Positions 1 through 11,722 of a stretch of 64,000 nt of DNA are shown piece by piece; position 1 is the first letter of the stretch, and every line of letters starts with the position of its first letter. The DNA comes from an uncultured Gemmatimonadales bacterium (GTDB taxonomy: Bacteria > Gemmatimonadota > Gemmatimonadetes > Gemmatimonadales > GWC2-71-9). A program made the translations under genes and the position numbers. The notes beneath the pieces were generated by a model, which was not told where the DNA came from, made no database searches, and saw only the letters and a list, made by a program, of their open reading frames with translations. Where the stretch lies: contig CAVSQW010000012.1 in the NCBI GenBank assembly GCA_963730185.1, positions 256,001 to 320,000 of the forward strand, given 5' to 3'.

Positions 1-10
1 CCGGCGCCCC

Positions 11-730
11 GTGCCCGAGGCGTGGCTCGCGGTGGTTCACGCCAGGCTTCCCTACCTCGCCGCCCTCGGGCCCGACGACCAGGCCCGCCTGCTGCACCAT
101 GCCCGAGGGCTCCTGGCCACGGTGACCTGGGAGGGATCCGGCGGATTGACGCTCACCGACGAGATGCGGCTGATCATCGCGGCGCAAGCCGCCCTGCTCA
201 CCTGGAAGCGCGACGAACTTCCCTTCCCTCGCCTCAAGGCCGTCCTGGTCTACCCCACGACGTTCCGCCCGTCGGCGCGGTTCGAATGGGTGCGCGACCC
301 GGCCCCGAACCCGGAGACGCCCGAGCTCGGGGAGTCCTGGCCCGACGGCACCGTCGTGCTGGCCTGGGACGACGTGCTCCGGGGCGCGGCCGAGCCCCAC
401 GACGGTCACAACGTGGTGCTTCACGAGTTCGCCCATCAGCTGGACTCGGCCAACGGGCTGTCGGATGGGGTTCCGACCCTGCCACCGGGCCTCACCGCGG
501 AGGCTTGGCAGGAGAGCCTGGACCGCGGCTATCACGAGCTCGAGCGGGCGACGGGCTCCGGGGCCGGCTCGCCGATCGACCCCTACGGCCTCACCAACCG
601 GGCCGAGTTCTTCGCGGTGGCCACCGAGGCATTTTTCGAGCGCCCCACCGCGCTCCGGAGCGCCTATCCGGACCTCTACCGCCGGCTGACCGAGCTCTAC
701 GCCCAGGATCCGGCGCCCCTCGTCGGCTGA
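11..730 (+). CDS. Zinc-dependent peptidase, M90/MtfA family (true start may lie upstream of the window)
   Basis: LGESW...VVLAWDD, HNVVLHEFAHQLD (HEXXH) and YGLTNRAEFFAVATEAFFERP motifs typical of MtfA/M90. Confidence 0.88.
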   Translation: MPEAWLAVVHARLPYLAALGPDDQARLLHHARGLLATVTWEGSGGLTLTDEMRLIIAAQAALLTWKRDELPFPRLKAVLVYPTTFRPSARFEWVRDPAPNPETPELGESWPDGTVVLAWDDVLRGAAEPHDGHNVVLHEFAHQLDSANGLSDGVPTLPPGLTAEAWQESLDRGYHELERATGSGAGSPIDPYGLTNRAEFFAVATEAFFERPTALRSAYPDLYRRLTELYAQDPAPLVG

Positions 731-766
731 CGTAAACCGGAAAGCGACGAACGCCGCACTTGGCGG

Positions 767-1465
767 TCAGGGGCCTCCGCTCTCCACCAGGGCGCGGGCC
801 CGCTGGAAGATGGCATGCCACATGACCCGGGTGAGCCGCCCCGTGTTGGTGTTCTGGCGACTCGGGTGATACGACGACAGCAGCACCCGTCCGTCCGGCA
901 GCACCGCTTCCCGCCCATGGCCGAACGGCGGCCGCGCCTTCGGCGCCAGGGCGGTCCACCAGCCCGCCGCTTCGAGAAAGCTCCGGTGCGCGATGGCGCC
1001 CAGACTCACGATCGTCCGGACCCGGTCCAGGGCATGGAGCTCCTCGACCAGAAAGGGCCGGCACCGGACCAGCTCCTGGGCGGTGGGCTTGTTGTCGGGC
1101 GGCGCGCAGCGGGCCGAGGCGGTGACGTAGCAGTCGGTCAGGGTCAGGCCGTCGCCCTGGGCAACGGAGGTGGGTTGGCTGGCGAAGCCGCACCGGTGCA
1201 GCGCCTCGTAGAGCCAGTCGCCGCTGGAGTCGCCGGTGAACATCCGGCCGGTGCGGTTGGCGCCGTGGGCGGCGGGCGCCAGCCCGACCAAGAGCAGTCG
1301 GGCGGCCGGATCGCCGAAGCCTGGGACCGGCCGGCCCCAGTACTCCTGATCCCGAAATCGGGCCACGCGGACCCGGGCCACCTCGGCGCAATGACGGCGG
1401 AGGCGCGGACATCGGTCGCATCGCACCACCGCCGCGTGGACCTGGGTCAGGGATCGGGTCGCCAT
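767..1465 (-). CDS. udgB: Uracil-DNA glycosylase, family 5 (UdgB-like, 4Fe-4S)
   Basis: CDRC cluster ligands, GLAPAAHGANRTGRMFTGD motif A, YHPSRQNTNTG motif B. Confidence 0.88.
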   Translation of the reverse strand: MATRSLTQVHAAVVRCDRCPRLRRHCAEVARVRVARFRDQEYWGRPVPGFGDPAARLLLVGLAPAAHGANRTGRMFTGDSSGDWLYEALHRCGFASQPTSVAQGDGLTLTDCYVTASARCAPPDNKPTAQELVRCRPFLVEELHALDRVRTIVSLGAIAHRSFLEAAGWWTALAPKARPPFGHGREAVLPDGRVLLSSYHPSRQNTNTGRLTRVMWHAIFQRARALVESGGP

Positions 1466-1572
1466 CGGGGCAAGTTACCGCGTCGAGGCCCTGGCGCGGA
1501 ACGGCCGACCACCCGAAACTTGTGGGGGGCCCGGCCCGTCCGGACCGATCACCGAGGAACGAGGGACCGAGG

Positions 1573-1836
1573 ATGGACAAACAGACGATGGCGCTCATGA
1601 TCCCCGTCCTGGCCCTCTCGATCCCGGTGGTGGCGATCATCTTTGGCAGCCTCGTCAAGATGGCCAAGTTCAAAGCCGAGGCGTCGCACGGGGCCCTGGC
1701 CAACCCGGAGATGGACCACCGCCTGGCCGCGCTGGAGGACGAGGTGGTCACGCTCCGCGAAGACCTGTCCGAGACGCAGGAGCGCCTGGACTTCACCGAA
1801 CGGATGCTGGCCCAGAAGAGCAGCGCGAAGGACTGA
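1573..1836 (+). CDS. Small single-TM coiled-coil hypothetical protein
   Basis: ATG at 1573 after GAGG; hydrophobic N-terminal helix followed by heptad LEDEVVTLREDLSETQERLDFTERML. Confidence 0.7.
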   Translation: MDKQTMALMIPVLALSIPVVAIIFGSLVKMAKFKAEASHGALANPEMDHRLAALEDEVVTLREDLSETQERLDFTERMLAQKSSAKD

Positions 1837-3189
1837 TCAGGGAGCCGCGGCTCGGGCCTCCCGCATGCCGCGGTCGATGTCCACCCGCCAGAGCATCAAG
1901 CCCCCCACCACGAAGAAGAGCACGATCAAGAGCACCGCCGACCGCCGCGAGTGAAGGGCATCGGAGGCGAAGCCGAAGGTCACCCCCAGAATCGCCGCGA
2001 CCTGGCCGAAGAGATTCCAGAACCCGAACATCTGGGCCGATTTGTCGATCGGGGCGAGCAGGCCCACCACCGTCCGGCTCGAGGCCTGGGTGGCGCCGAT
2101 CCCGGCGCCGGCGAAGAGCCCGAGACCGAAGAACACCCACTTCTGGCTGATCCCGGTCATGTCGCTGATCGGAGCGAGCCAATAGATCCCGAGCACGCCG
2201 ACGACCCACCAGACCAGGGTCCAGAGCACCGTCTTCTTGGGGCCAATCTTGCCCTCGAGCACGCCGAAGCCGAGCGCGCCCGCCGCGGCCGACACTTGGA
2301 GCACGAGGAAGAGCAGCGCCAGGTCGCCGGTGGAGAGGCGGACCTCCTCCTTGGCGTAGATCCCGACGAACTTGATGATGGCCTCGAGCCCCGCCATATA
2401 GACGGTGAACGCGGCCAGAAAGCGGAAGAGAATCGGGTAGGCCCGCACGGTACGGGCCGACTGCATGAATTCGTCGAACCCGGCCCGGACCAGGCGCCAG
2501 GTGCCGGCCTTCTCGAAACCCGGCGCCGGGAGGGTCCGGTTCCGGAGCCAGACGAAGGTCGGCAGCGCCGCGACGATGAAGAAGATCCCCATGGTGATCA
2601 TCGAGCGCTGGTTCTCGGCGATGTACCGGGCGAGATCGACCGCCGGATCGGTTCGGATGACCAGCTTGGTGGCCACGATCACGCTGGCCAGCCCGCCGAA
2701 GTAGCCGATTCCCCAGCCCAACCCGGAGATCTTGCCCATGTTCTCGGGCGTGGCGATGTCGGGCAGGAAGCTGGCGCAGAAGGCCTGACTCAACAGAAAG
2801 GCGGCGTTGCTCACCACGATCATGGCGATCGCGAGCCAGAGGTCGCCCGGGCCGGCCAGCGCCAGGGCCGCGGTGGCGACCGAGCAGACGATGCAGCTCG
2901 CGACCAGATAGGCCTTCTTCCGGCCGCTCAAGTCGCTGATTGCCCCTGCCAGCGGTGAGAGGACCAGGGCGAGTAGGGTGCTCAGGATGATCGCGACCGA
3001 CCACCACGAGTCCCGGGCGGTACTGCCGGGCGGCACCACGTAGCCGACGAAGAAGGCGCCGTACACCACCGTGATGACCACGGTGGTGTAGCTCGAGTTG
3101 GCGAAGTCGAACATGGCCCAGCCGAAGATCTCCCGCTTGGTGACGGGGATCTCTCGCCGGGCCGAGGCCGGACGCGACGGCTCGCTCAC
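1837..3189 (-). CDS. MFS transporter, UMF1/Atg22-like
   Basis: GWAMFDFANSSYTTV and GKISGLGWGIGYFGG motifs; about 12 TM helices; GTG start overlaps the upstream TGA (GTGA at 3186-3189). Confidence 0.85.
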   Translation of the reverse strand: MSEPSRPASARREIPVTKREIFGWAMFDFANSSYTTVVITVVYGAFFVGYVVPPGSTARDSWWSVAIILSTLLALVLSPLAGAISDLSGRKKAYLVASCIVCSVATAALALAGPGDLWLAIAMIVVSNAAFLLSQAFCASFLPDIATPENMGKISGLGWGIGYFGGLASVIVATKLVIRTDPAVDLARYIAENQRSMITMGIFFIVAALPTFVWLRNRTLPAPGFEKAGTWRLVRAGFDEFMQSARTVRAYPILFRFLAAFTVYMAGLEAIIKFVGIYAKEEVRLSTGDLALLFLVLQVSAAAGALGFGVLEGKIGPKKTVLWTLVWWVVGVLGIYWLAPISDMTGISQKWVFFGLGLFAGAGIGATQASSRTVVGLLAPIDKSAQMFGFWNLFGQVAAILGVTFGFASDALHSRRSAVLLIVLFFVVGGLMLWRVDIDRGMREARAAAP

Positions 3190-6100
3190 GTCCCGGGCTC
3201 GATCGGGGCGAGCTTCCGGCCGGTCACGGCCCGGTTGAACGCGGCCAGGTCGCCTCGCTCGATCGCCTGGAGGGCCGAGAGATGCTGGTGCAGCTCCTCG
3301 GTGAGCTCCCGGTAGATCACATAGGCTGCGTCGGTCGGCTTGGCGTCGCCGGTCTCGACGCTCCGGCGGAGCGAGGCGATCCGGTTGTTGAGCTTGATCG
3401 GGAAGTTGAGCGGATCCTGACCGCTCCGGTTCCTCACCTGGTAGAGCGCCTCCTCGATGGCCGAGAGCTTGTCCTCGAGCGCGTGCCCCGGCCGCTCGAG
3501 GGCGCTCGCCTTGGCGATCCGGTCGTCGATCTGGTCCTTGATCCGCCGGATCCGGATCACGGCGCCGTTGGCGTCGTTCTCCCGATCGCGAATGTCGGAC
3601 GCCAGTTTGAACTGGAGCTGGAGGTCGGCGTCGGTGGCCTGCTTGAGACGGGGGTCGCGGATCAGGTCGAAGCTCCGGGTCGCGGTGGCGCCGTTGGCGG
3701 TGATCCTGACCTGATAACGGCCCGGCGGTGCCTTGGGGCCCGCCTGGGGCCGGGCGCTCCAGATGATCATGCAGGGGAAGTCGATCGCTCCCTGGTAACG
3801 GAGATCCCAGACGAACCGGTCGAGCCCCTTCTTGGAGCCCGGGTTGGGCTCCGGCCGCCTCCGCATGTCGCAGCCCAGCCGGGCCATCTCGACCGAATCG
3901 GCCCGGATCGCCGCGGTGTCGGGCTTCGGGGTGCCGAGGAAGGAGCGGATCACGGTGCCCCCGGCGTCGAGGATCTCGACCCGGACCGAGTCGGCCGGCC
4001 GGTCCAGGAAGTAGTCGAACGATGCCGGGTAGACCCCGCGCACCGCCGTCCGCGGCGTGAATACGGTGAGCGCGCCGGTCGGCGGCCCCGCCGCGAGCTC
4101 CCGGATGTAGCCGATGTCCTCCAGCAGGTACATCGACCGGCCGTGGGTCGCGATCACCAGGTCGTTGTCCTCCACCACCAGGTCCGGCACTTGGACGTCT
4201 GGCAGGTTGAGCGAGAGCGACTGCCAGTGGGCGCCGTCGTCCCAGGAGACGTAGATCCCGTGCTCGGTGCCGGCGTAGAGCAGCCCGGCCTGCTTGGGAT
4301 CCTCGCGGACGGCGTGGACGTAGTCGTCGGAGCGGATCCCGGTCACGATCTTGGTCCAGGTCTTTCCGAAATCGGTCGTCTTGTAGACGTAGGGCGCCCG
4401 GTCGTCCAGCTGGTAGCGTTTGGCCGCCAGGTAGGCGGTGCCCGGGGCGTGGTGCGACGCCTCGATCAGGCTCAGCCGGCTGAAGGGCGGCAGGTCTTTC
4501 GGGGTGATGTCGGTCCAGGTCTTGCCGCCGTCCCGGGTCAGGTAGACCATCCCATCGTCCGACCCGGTCCAGATGGTGTTCACGTCCTGGAACGACGGCG
4601 CCACGGTGAAGATGGTGCCGTAGATCTCGGGCCCGTTCATGTCGTGCGTGATCGGCCCGCCGGAGAGCCCCAGGGTCTTGGGGTCGCCGCGGGTCAGGTC
4701 GGGGCTGATCCGCTCCCAGGTCTGGCCCTGGTTGGTGCTCTTGAACAGGTGCTGGGAGCTGGTGTAGAGGATCGTCGGGTCCGACCGGCGAGAACACGAT
4801 CGGGAAGGTCCACTGCCAGCGCTCGGGCAGCGCGTCGGCCGGCTCGCCCGAGAAGAACCGCGGGCGACACCTGCACGTCGCGGACCTCGCCGTTGCTCCG
4901 GTCGTAGCGGGTGATCAGGGCGCCCTGGCTCCCAGCGTAGAACACGTTCGGGTCCTTCGGGTCGGGGGCGATGTAGCCGCTCTCGCCGCCGCCCACGTCG
5001 TAGAAGTAGTCGCCCGGATCGTCAAAGGTGTCGGTGAGGTTGTCCCACCCGCTCGAGCACCACGCAGAAGGTGCTGTTGTCCTGCTGCGCCCCGCAGACG
5101 TGGTAGGGGAAGTCCTTGGTGGTGGCGACCCGGTAGGACTGGGCGGTCGGGATAGTGCAGACTGGTCCAGCTATGACCGCCGTCGGTCGTGACCGTCCCG
5201 CCGCCGTCGTTGGCGCTGATGAACCGGTCGTTGTCGGCCGGGTCGATCCAGAGATCGTGGAAGTCGCCGTGGGGGGCCGGGACCCGCTCGAAGGTGTAGC
5301 CGCCGTCGTCGGAGCGGTGGAAGTTCACGTTGAGAACGTAGACCCGATCCTTGAGCTTGGGATCGGCATAGAGCCGGCTGTAGTAGAAGGCCCGCTGGCG
5401 GAGCTTCCGCTCGGCGTTGACCCGCTTCCAGGTGGCGCCGCCGTCGTCGGAGCGGAAGAGCCCGCCGTCGTCGTTCTCGACCATGGCCCAGACCCGGCCC
5501 GGCGCCGCAGGCGAGGCCGTGACGCCGATCTTGCCGATCACGCCTTGGGGCAGCCCGGGGTTCCGGGTCAGCTCGGTCCAGGTGTCGCCGCCGTCGGTCG
5601 ACTTGAAGAGGCCGCTCCCGGCCCCGCCGCTCGACATCGACCAGGGCGTCCGATAGGCCTGCCAGAGCGCGGCATAGAGCACGTTCGGGTTCCGGGGGTC
5701 GATCACCAGATCGACCGCGCCGGTCGAGTCGTTCCGGAAGAGCACCCGCCCCCAGGTCTTGCCGCCGTTGGTCGAGCGATAGATTCCCCGCTCCGGGCTC
5801 GGCGCGAACGGCTTCCCGAAGGCGGCGACGTAGACCAGATCGGGATTGGCGTGGTCGACCCGGATCCGGGAGATAGCCTGCACCCCGGTCAGCCCCACGT
5901 GCTTCCAGGTCTTGCCGGCGTCCGTGCTCCGGTAGACCCCGTCGCCCTGCATGACGTTGCCCCGGAACTCGGTCTCGCCCATCCCGATGTAGACCACGTT
6001 GGGATCGGCGTCGGCGACCGCGACCGCGCCGACCGACGAGCTTCGGATCTGGCCGTCGGTCATCGGGTGCCAGGAGACCCCGCCGTCGACGGTCTTCCAG

Positions 6101-6306
6101 AGCCCGCCGCCGACCGCGCCAAAGTAGTAGACCAGCGGCTGGCCCGGCACGCCGGTGGCGGCGGTGGACCGGCCGCCCCGGTTGGGGCCGATGTTGCGCC
6201 AGGCCTTGCCCTGGAAATAGGTGGAATCGAACGTCGGGCTCTGGGCGGCGGCCGCGGGCGCGGCCAGCGCGAGCACCAGCGAACCGAGCGTAAGCTGCCT
6301 CACCAT
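3186..6306 (-). CDS. Secreted BNR/Asp-box (VPS10/sortilin-like) beta-propeller glycosyl hydrolase-like protein, split by about 4 single-base frameshifts
   Basis: Signal peptide; WRNIGPNRGGR; repeated SxDGGxTW Asp-boxes continue across ORFs 4915-6498, 4694-4996 and 3186-4640; extra bases near 5152, 5050, 4862 and 4782. Confidence 0.8.
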
Positions 6307-6627
6307 GGGAGGACCTCGGGTTCGAGCGATGGTTTTCGGAATGTGGAGCGTTGGTAAGGTACCGCGCCGCGGCGGCAAGCGTCCAGTTGAGCCGGGCGGG
6401 GACGGCGTATCGGGATTGGACGTGGACGCTGGCTTCGAGCGACGGCCCCGATGGTTGCTGGACAGGGACCGTGAAGAGGTCCGGAAACGGTGGGGCAACG
6501 CTGAGGGCGTGGTCGAGCAGCACGGCCTCCTGGCTGCAGAGTGCGTTCCAGGGCGCCGGGCCAGCGGGGACGCCGCCGACGGCCTCTGGCGCGCCCCCCC
6601 GGAGCGACGCGATTAGCTTTCACGCCG

Positions 6628-7281
6628 ATGCCCACGCCGGCCCCGCACTCCAATCGTTTGCCCGACCTCGCCGACATCCTGGCCTTCGCCGGCACGGTCG
6701 TCGCCTCGATCGTGCTCAACTGGCGGACCCGCGAGCTGGTCTGGGGGCTCTGGCTCTCCAGTGTCGTGATCGGCTACGCCCTGATCCTCTACGGCATCCC
6801 GATGGAGGTTCGGGTCAAGGCCGCGCTGCCCCACGATCCGGCGGTCCCGGGATGGGTCCGCGCCGGCGGGCTGGTGCTGTCGGGGTTCGGCGCCCTGTTC
6901 CTGATCGCCTTCTTCACCGTGCACTTCGGCGGCTTCCACCTGGTACACGGCGTCTTTCTGAATGCGTTCTTTCCAATCGGCCCCAAGGAGGGCGACGGAA
7001 GCGGCTTCGGCTACCTCCGCTACCTCCCGCGGACGATGGCCTTCTCGTGGCCGCTGGTGCTTGGCAGCGTGATCTCGTCGCGCGACAAGTTCGTCGAGGC
7101 CACCACCGGGCACTTCAATCCGATGAGCGTCTACGGCAACGTGATCCGGATGCACTTGCTGATCTTCGTCTTCGCCTTCACGTCGGCCTTGAAGCTCGAC
7201 CAGCGGTGGCTCTACGTGGTGGTGCTGTTCTTCTACTTCTTCCCGCTTCGTTCGCTCAAGGACCTCTTGACCCGACGCTGA
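6628..7281 (+). CDS. Membrane protein, DUF6498-like
   Basis: Multiple TM helices; FFTVHFGGFHLVHGVFL and YGNVIRMHLLIF motifs. Confidence 0.65.
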   Translation: MPTPAPHSNRLPDLADILAFAGTVVASIVLNWRTRELVWGLWLSSVVIGYALILYGIPMEVRVKAALPHDPAVPGWVRAGGLVLSGFGALFLIAFFTVHFGGFHLVHGVFLNAFFPIGPKEGDGSGFGYLRYLPRTMAFSWPLVLGSVISSRDKFVEATTGHFNPMSVYGNVIRMHLLIFVFAFTSALKLDQRWLYVVVLFFYFFPLRSLKDLLTRR

Positions 7282-7306
7282 GCGGACCCGACCTTCCCGA
7301 GACCCG

Positions 7307-8256
7307 ATGACACTCTTCCAACCCCGCCGGATCCTGATGGTGGGCGACCACGTCGCCGGCCTGTCCGACTTCGTGCGCGCCAGCCGCCCCAAGCTCGAGA
7401 TCCGGGTCCGCCCGCTCCGCGAGATCGGCGCCGACGACCTGGCCTGGGCCGACACCTACGTCGGCTTCCGGCCCCCGCCGGCCGCCGACTGGGGCCGGGT
7501 CCGCTGGATCCACTCGATCGGCGCCGGCGTCGACGCGCTGCTGGCGGGCCCGCCGATCCCGGCCGGCGTGGTCCTGACCCGGAGCTCGGAGGATTTCGGC
7601 CCCGCCATCGGCGAGTGGTGCGTCTGCCGCGCCCTGGCGGTGAACCAGCGGCTCTTCGAGCTGGAGCAGGCCCAGGCCGAGCGGCGGTGGGGACTCCGCG
7701 GCACGACCGACCCGACGATGCTCCGGGGCCAGCGGGTGGTCGTGCTCGGCACCGGCCTGGTGGGCCGGGGCATCGCGCGGGCGTTCCGGGCGCTGGGCTG
7801 CCGGGTGGACGGGCTCTCCCGGGGCGGCGCCCCGGTCGAGCCGTTCGAGTCGGCTCGCCGGCCGGCGCGTTCGAGCAGGTGATGCGAGGCGCCGACTGGC
7901 TGGTGCTGGCCGCGCCGCTCACCGCCGAGACCCGGCAGTTCCTGAGCCGCGAGCGCTTGGCCCAATGCGGCGGCGCGTACCTGATGAACGTGGGCCGGGG
8001 CGCCGTGCTCGAGGAAGCGGCGCTCCCCGGGGCACTGGAACAGGGTTGGATTCGGGGTGCGGCGCTCGACGTGTTCGCCACCGAGCCGCTGCCCGCCGAC
8101 TCGCCGCTCTGGAACCACCCCAAGGTGATCGTGGCCCCGCACAACTCGGGGCCGAGCACGGTGGCGGCCACCGGCGACGGCTTTCTCGAGTGCCTCGCCG
8201 CCCTCGAGCGGGGGGAGTCGCCCCGCTGGGTCGTCGACCCCCGCGCCGGATACTGA
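7307..8256 (+). CDS. D-2-hydroxyacid dehydrogenase (NAD(P)-binding), frameshifted near 7850
   Basis: WIHSIGAGVD and GTGLVG Rossmann motif in the first frame; MNVGRG, LDVFATEPLP and PHNSG in the second frame. Confidence 0.82.
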
Positions 8257-8283
8257 CCTTCCCTCCTTCACCGGAGATCCGCG

Positions 8284-10737
8284 ATGTCCCGCTGGCCGCG
8301 CCGCCTCGTCCCGTGTCCTCCTGGCCCTGGCCGCGCTCGCCCCGAGCGCCCAGGCCCAGTGGACGCACCGATACCCCAAGCTCGCGGGGATGAGCCACCA
8401 CGTCTATCTCGAGGGCTACGAGCTCCCGCTCCTCACCGTCGGCCCGATCGACCCCGCCGCCTCGCCCGACGGCCACCGCCTGGCGATCGCGTCGCGGGGG
8501 TGGATCTGGGTGCTCGACCCCAAGACCGGCGAAGCGACCCAGGTGACCGACGGCGCCGGGATCGACTCGCGGCCGGCCTGGTCGCCCGACGGCAAGCGGC
8601 TCGCGTTCGTCCGCGACGACACCCACCGGACCACGATCGTCACCCGCGACCTGGCCACCGGCGCCGAGAAGGTCGTGGTCGACGAAGACGCGATCGCCAT
8701 GGACCCGGCGTTCTCGGCCGACGGACAGAGCCTCTTCTACACCTCGTCGGTGGCGGGCGACTTCGACCTCTGGCGGGTCGACCTCGGGTCGGGCCAGAAG
8801 ACCCGGCTCACCACCGCGGCCGGCCTCGAGATGCAGCCGGTCCCGGTGCCCGGGCACGACGAGGTGGCCTTCGTGTCCAAGCGCGGCACCGTGAACGAGG
8901 TGCGAGTCCGGAACCTCACCAGCGGCGCGGAGCGGGTGCTCGCCTCGGGGCCATTGATCACGATGCTCCGGATCGCGGTGGCGCCCGACGGCCGGACCTT
9001 GGCCTACACCTGGCCCGCGAGCGACAACGACGGCTGGGACCTCCGGCTGGTGGCGATCGACGCGCCGATCTCGACCGTGATGCTCACCGGCGGGCACGGT
9101 CAGCCGCTCACCCCCGCCTGGAGCGCCGACGGCCGGAGCGTCTACTACTCGGAAGCGGACGGCCAGGAGCGGATGGTCCTCCACCGGGCCGCCGCGATCG
9201 GGGGCACGATGGAGACGGTCTCCGTGCTTCACTGGACTTGGAACCGGCCCATGGGCACGGTCCGGATCGTGACCCGGATGGCCGGTCATGACGGTATCGC
9301 CCCCGCCCGCCTCGGTGTCGTCGACGGCAACGGCCACCCGCTGGTGGCCGACCAGGGCCAGCCGAGGTTCGACGGGCAGAACGGCGTCGTGTTCTTCTAC
9401 TCGCCGGGTCAGGTCGAGATCACCGCCCCCGCCGGCGAGGTCCGGATCCAGGCGGTCCAGGGCCTCGCGACCCCCTCGAGCGCGCCTCGGCCAGCGTGCA
9501 GGGCGGCGCCACCAGCGAAGCGGAGCTCACCTTCCACCCGGTCTGGCGGCCCCAGGAGGACGGCTGGCTGGCCGGCGAGCACCACTTCCACCTGAACTAC
9601 GGCGGACCCTACCAGCTCACCCCCGACGACTTGGAGCCCATGGCCCGCGGCGAGGACATGGACGTCCTGACGCCTCTGCTCGCCAACCTCCACACCCGCT
9701 TCGAGGGCCAACCCTTCCGGCAGTGGCACCAGCTCGACCGCCTGCCGTATCTCGCGTTCGGCCAGGAGGTCCGGTCGCACTTCCTCGGTCACATCGGCCT
9801 GGTGGGCGCGGGCGAGCTCTTCTGGCCCTGGATCTGGGGGCCGGGTTACCAGGTCTACGGGCGGGACGACCGCCCCAACGCCGAGGTGCTGGCCTTCTCC
9901 AAGCGGGAGGGCGGCTACAGCTCCTACGTCCACCCGATCACCAACCAGACCCCGTTCGCCCCGGACCACCTGGCGAGCATCCCAGTAGAGCTGGTGGCCG
10001 ACGGCGCCCTCGGCCTCTTCGACGCGCTGGAAGTCGCCTGCCTCTGGAGCGACGAGATCGGCTCGATGGAGATGTGGTACCGGCTCCTGAACATCGGGAA
10101 CCCGGTTGCCCTCTCGGCTGGGACCGACGTGATGAACAACTTCTACCGGACCATGGCCGTCGGGGTCACCCGTCTTTACGTCCGGACCGATTCCACCCGC
10201 GGCTTCCCCGGCTACCTCCAGGCGCTCGAGGCCGGGAGGAGCTTCGTCACCAACGGGCCGCTGCTCGACTTCCGCCTCGACGGTCTCCAGCCCGGTGACG
10301 TCGCCGCCAAGGGCAAGCGCTCGGTGTCGTGGACGCTCGACCTCCACACGGCGGTGCCGGTCGACTCGGTCGAGATCATCGTGAACGGCACGTCGGTCGG
10401 GCGGTTCGACGGGCTCCCGGCGCCGGGCTCCCGGCACTACGAGGGCAAGGTGCGGCTCCCGGCCGGCGGCTGGGTGGCCGCCCGGGCGATCGGCCCGGAC
10501 ACCGCGATCTGGCCGGCGATGGACAGCTACGCCTTTGCCCACACCTCGCCGATCTGGATCGGGGAGCGCGGGAGCGTTGATCCTGCTGCCCGCCGCGCCG
10601 CGGCGGCCGATCTGCTCCGGGCGCTCGACGCCGCCACCACCCGTCTCCATCAGGGCTACGGCGACGCCGCGATCCCGCGCCTCGAGGCGCAGTTCGCCAA
10701 GGCGAAGGAACGCCTCACGGCACTGGCGAAGGAGTAG
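8284..10737 (+). CDS. Secreted TolB/PD40 beta-propeller fused to CehA/McbA-like (PHP-fold) metallohydrolase; frameshifts near 8310 and 9478
   Basis: Signal peptide broken by a shift; PAWSPDG repeats; GEHHFHLNYGG, GQEVRSHFLGHI, SAGTDVM, GRSFVTNGP and AHTSPIW motifs. Confidence 0.75.
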
Positions 10738-10744
10738 CCTCAGG

Positions 10745-11662
10745 GTGACGCTCGACCCCGAGGTCGCCTACGGGAAGGACGTGATCGAGCGATCGTCCCG
10801 GACCTTCTCCCGCGCGGCCGCGCTCTTCGGGGCCCGAGCCCGCGAGGGGGCCTACCTGCTCTATGGGTGGGCTCGCTATTGCGACGACCGGATCGACGAC
10901 CAGGTGATGGGCCGCGGGGCGCGCGACGCCGAGCGGACCCTCGAGAGCCGGCGGGCCACGCTGACCGAGCTCCGCACCCTCACCGGCCAGGCCCTGGCCG
11001 GCCGGCCCACCGACCACCCGGCCTACCGGTGCATCGCCCGCGCGGTGCGGGACTTCGGGGTGCCGGAGCGGCATCCGTTCGAGCTGCTAATGGGGATGGA
11101 GATGGACGTCGAGCGCCGCCGCTATCCCACCTTCGACGACCTGGCCGGTTACTGCTACCACGTGGCCGGGGCGCTCGCCGTGATGATGGCCCATGTTCTG
11201 GGACACTGCGACCAGGCGACCCTCGCCATGGCGTCCGACGTCGGCTCCGCGTTCCAGATGACCAACACCGCCCGCGACGTGCTCGACGATGCGTCCGACG
11301 GCCGCGTCTATCTGCCGCTCGACTGGCTGGCCGAGGTCGGGGTGCCACCCGACGAGGTCGCGCGGCCCGAGCATCGAGCCGGAGTGACGACGGTGGTCCA
11401 CCGGATCCTCGATCGTGCCGAGGAGCATTATCGGAGCGCCGACCGGGGGATCGGCCCGCTGCCCCTCCGCGAAGCGTGGGCGATCGCGTCGGCCCGGGCG
11501 ATCTACTCCGACATCGGCACGGTCATCCGGCGGCGAGGAACCGCCGCCTGGGACCGGCGGGCCTTCGTGTCCGACCGGCGGAAGACGTACTGGGTCGCCC
11601 GCGCCCTGCTCCGCGCCCTCGCTCGCCGCCCTCGGCTCGCCGCGAGCGACGATCCTCGCTAG
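10745..11662 (+). CDS. crtB: Phytoene/squalene synthase
   Basis: SRTFSRAA, YCDDRIDD, YCYHVAG and FQMTNTARDVLDDASDGRVYLP motifs; GTG start. Confidence 0.85.
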   Translation: MTLDPEVAYGKDVIERSSRTFSRAAALFGARAREGAYLLYGWARYCDDRIDDQVMGRGARDAERTLESRRATLTELRTLTGQALAGRPTDHPAYRCIARAVRDFGVPERHPFELLMGMEMDVERRRYPTFDDLAGYCYHVAGALAVMMAHVLGHCDQATLAMASDVGSAFQMTNTARDVLDDASDGRVYLPLDWLAEVGVPPDEVARPEHRAGVTTVVHRILDRAEEHYRSADRGIGPLPLREAWAIASARAIYSDIGTVIRRRGTAAWDRRAFVSDRRKTYWVARALLRALARRPRLAASDDPR

Positions 11663-11722
11663 GTTCTCTCCAACCCGATCCGGCCCGCCGGGCCGCCCCG
11701 GGATCCTCAACGGCTCCGACCA

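Noticed and set aside
1837..4797. 986-aa hydrolase-MFS fusion
   Set aside because: The upstream part is an off-frame reading; the MFS begins at GTG 3189, overlapping the hydrolase stop.
4780..5160. Programmed ribosomal frameshifting in the BNR protein
   Set aside because: Four separate shifts without slippery heptamers; sequencing error is more parsimonious.
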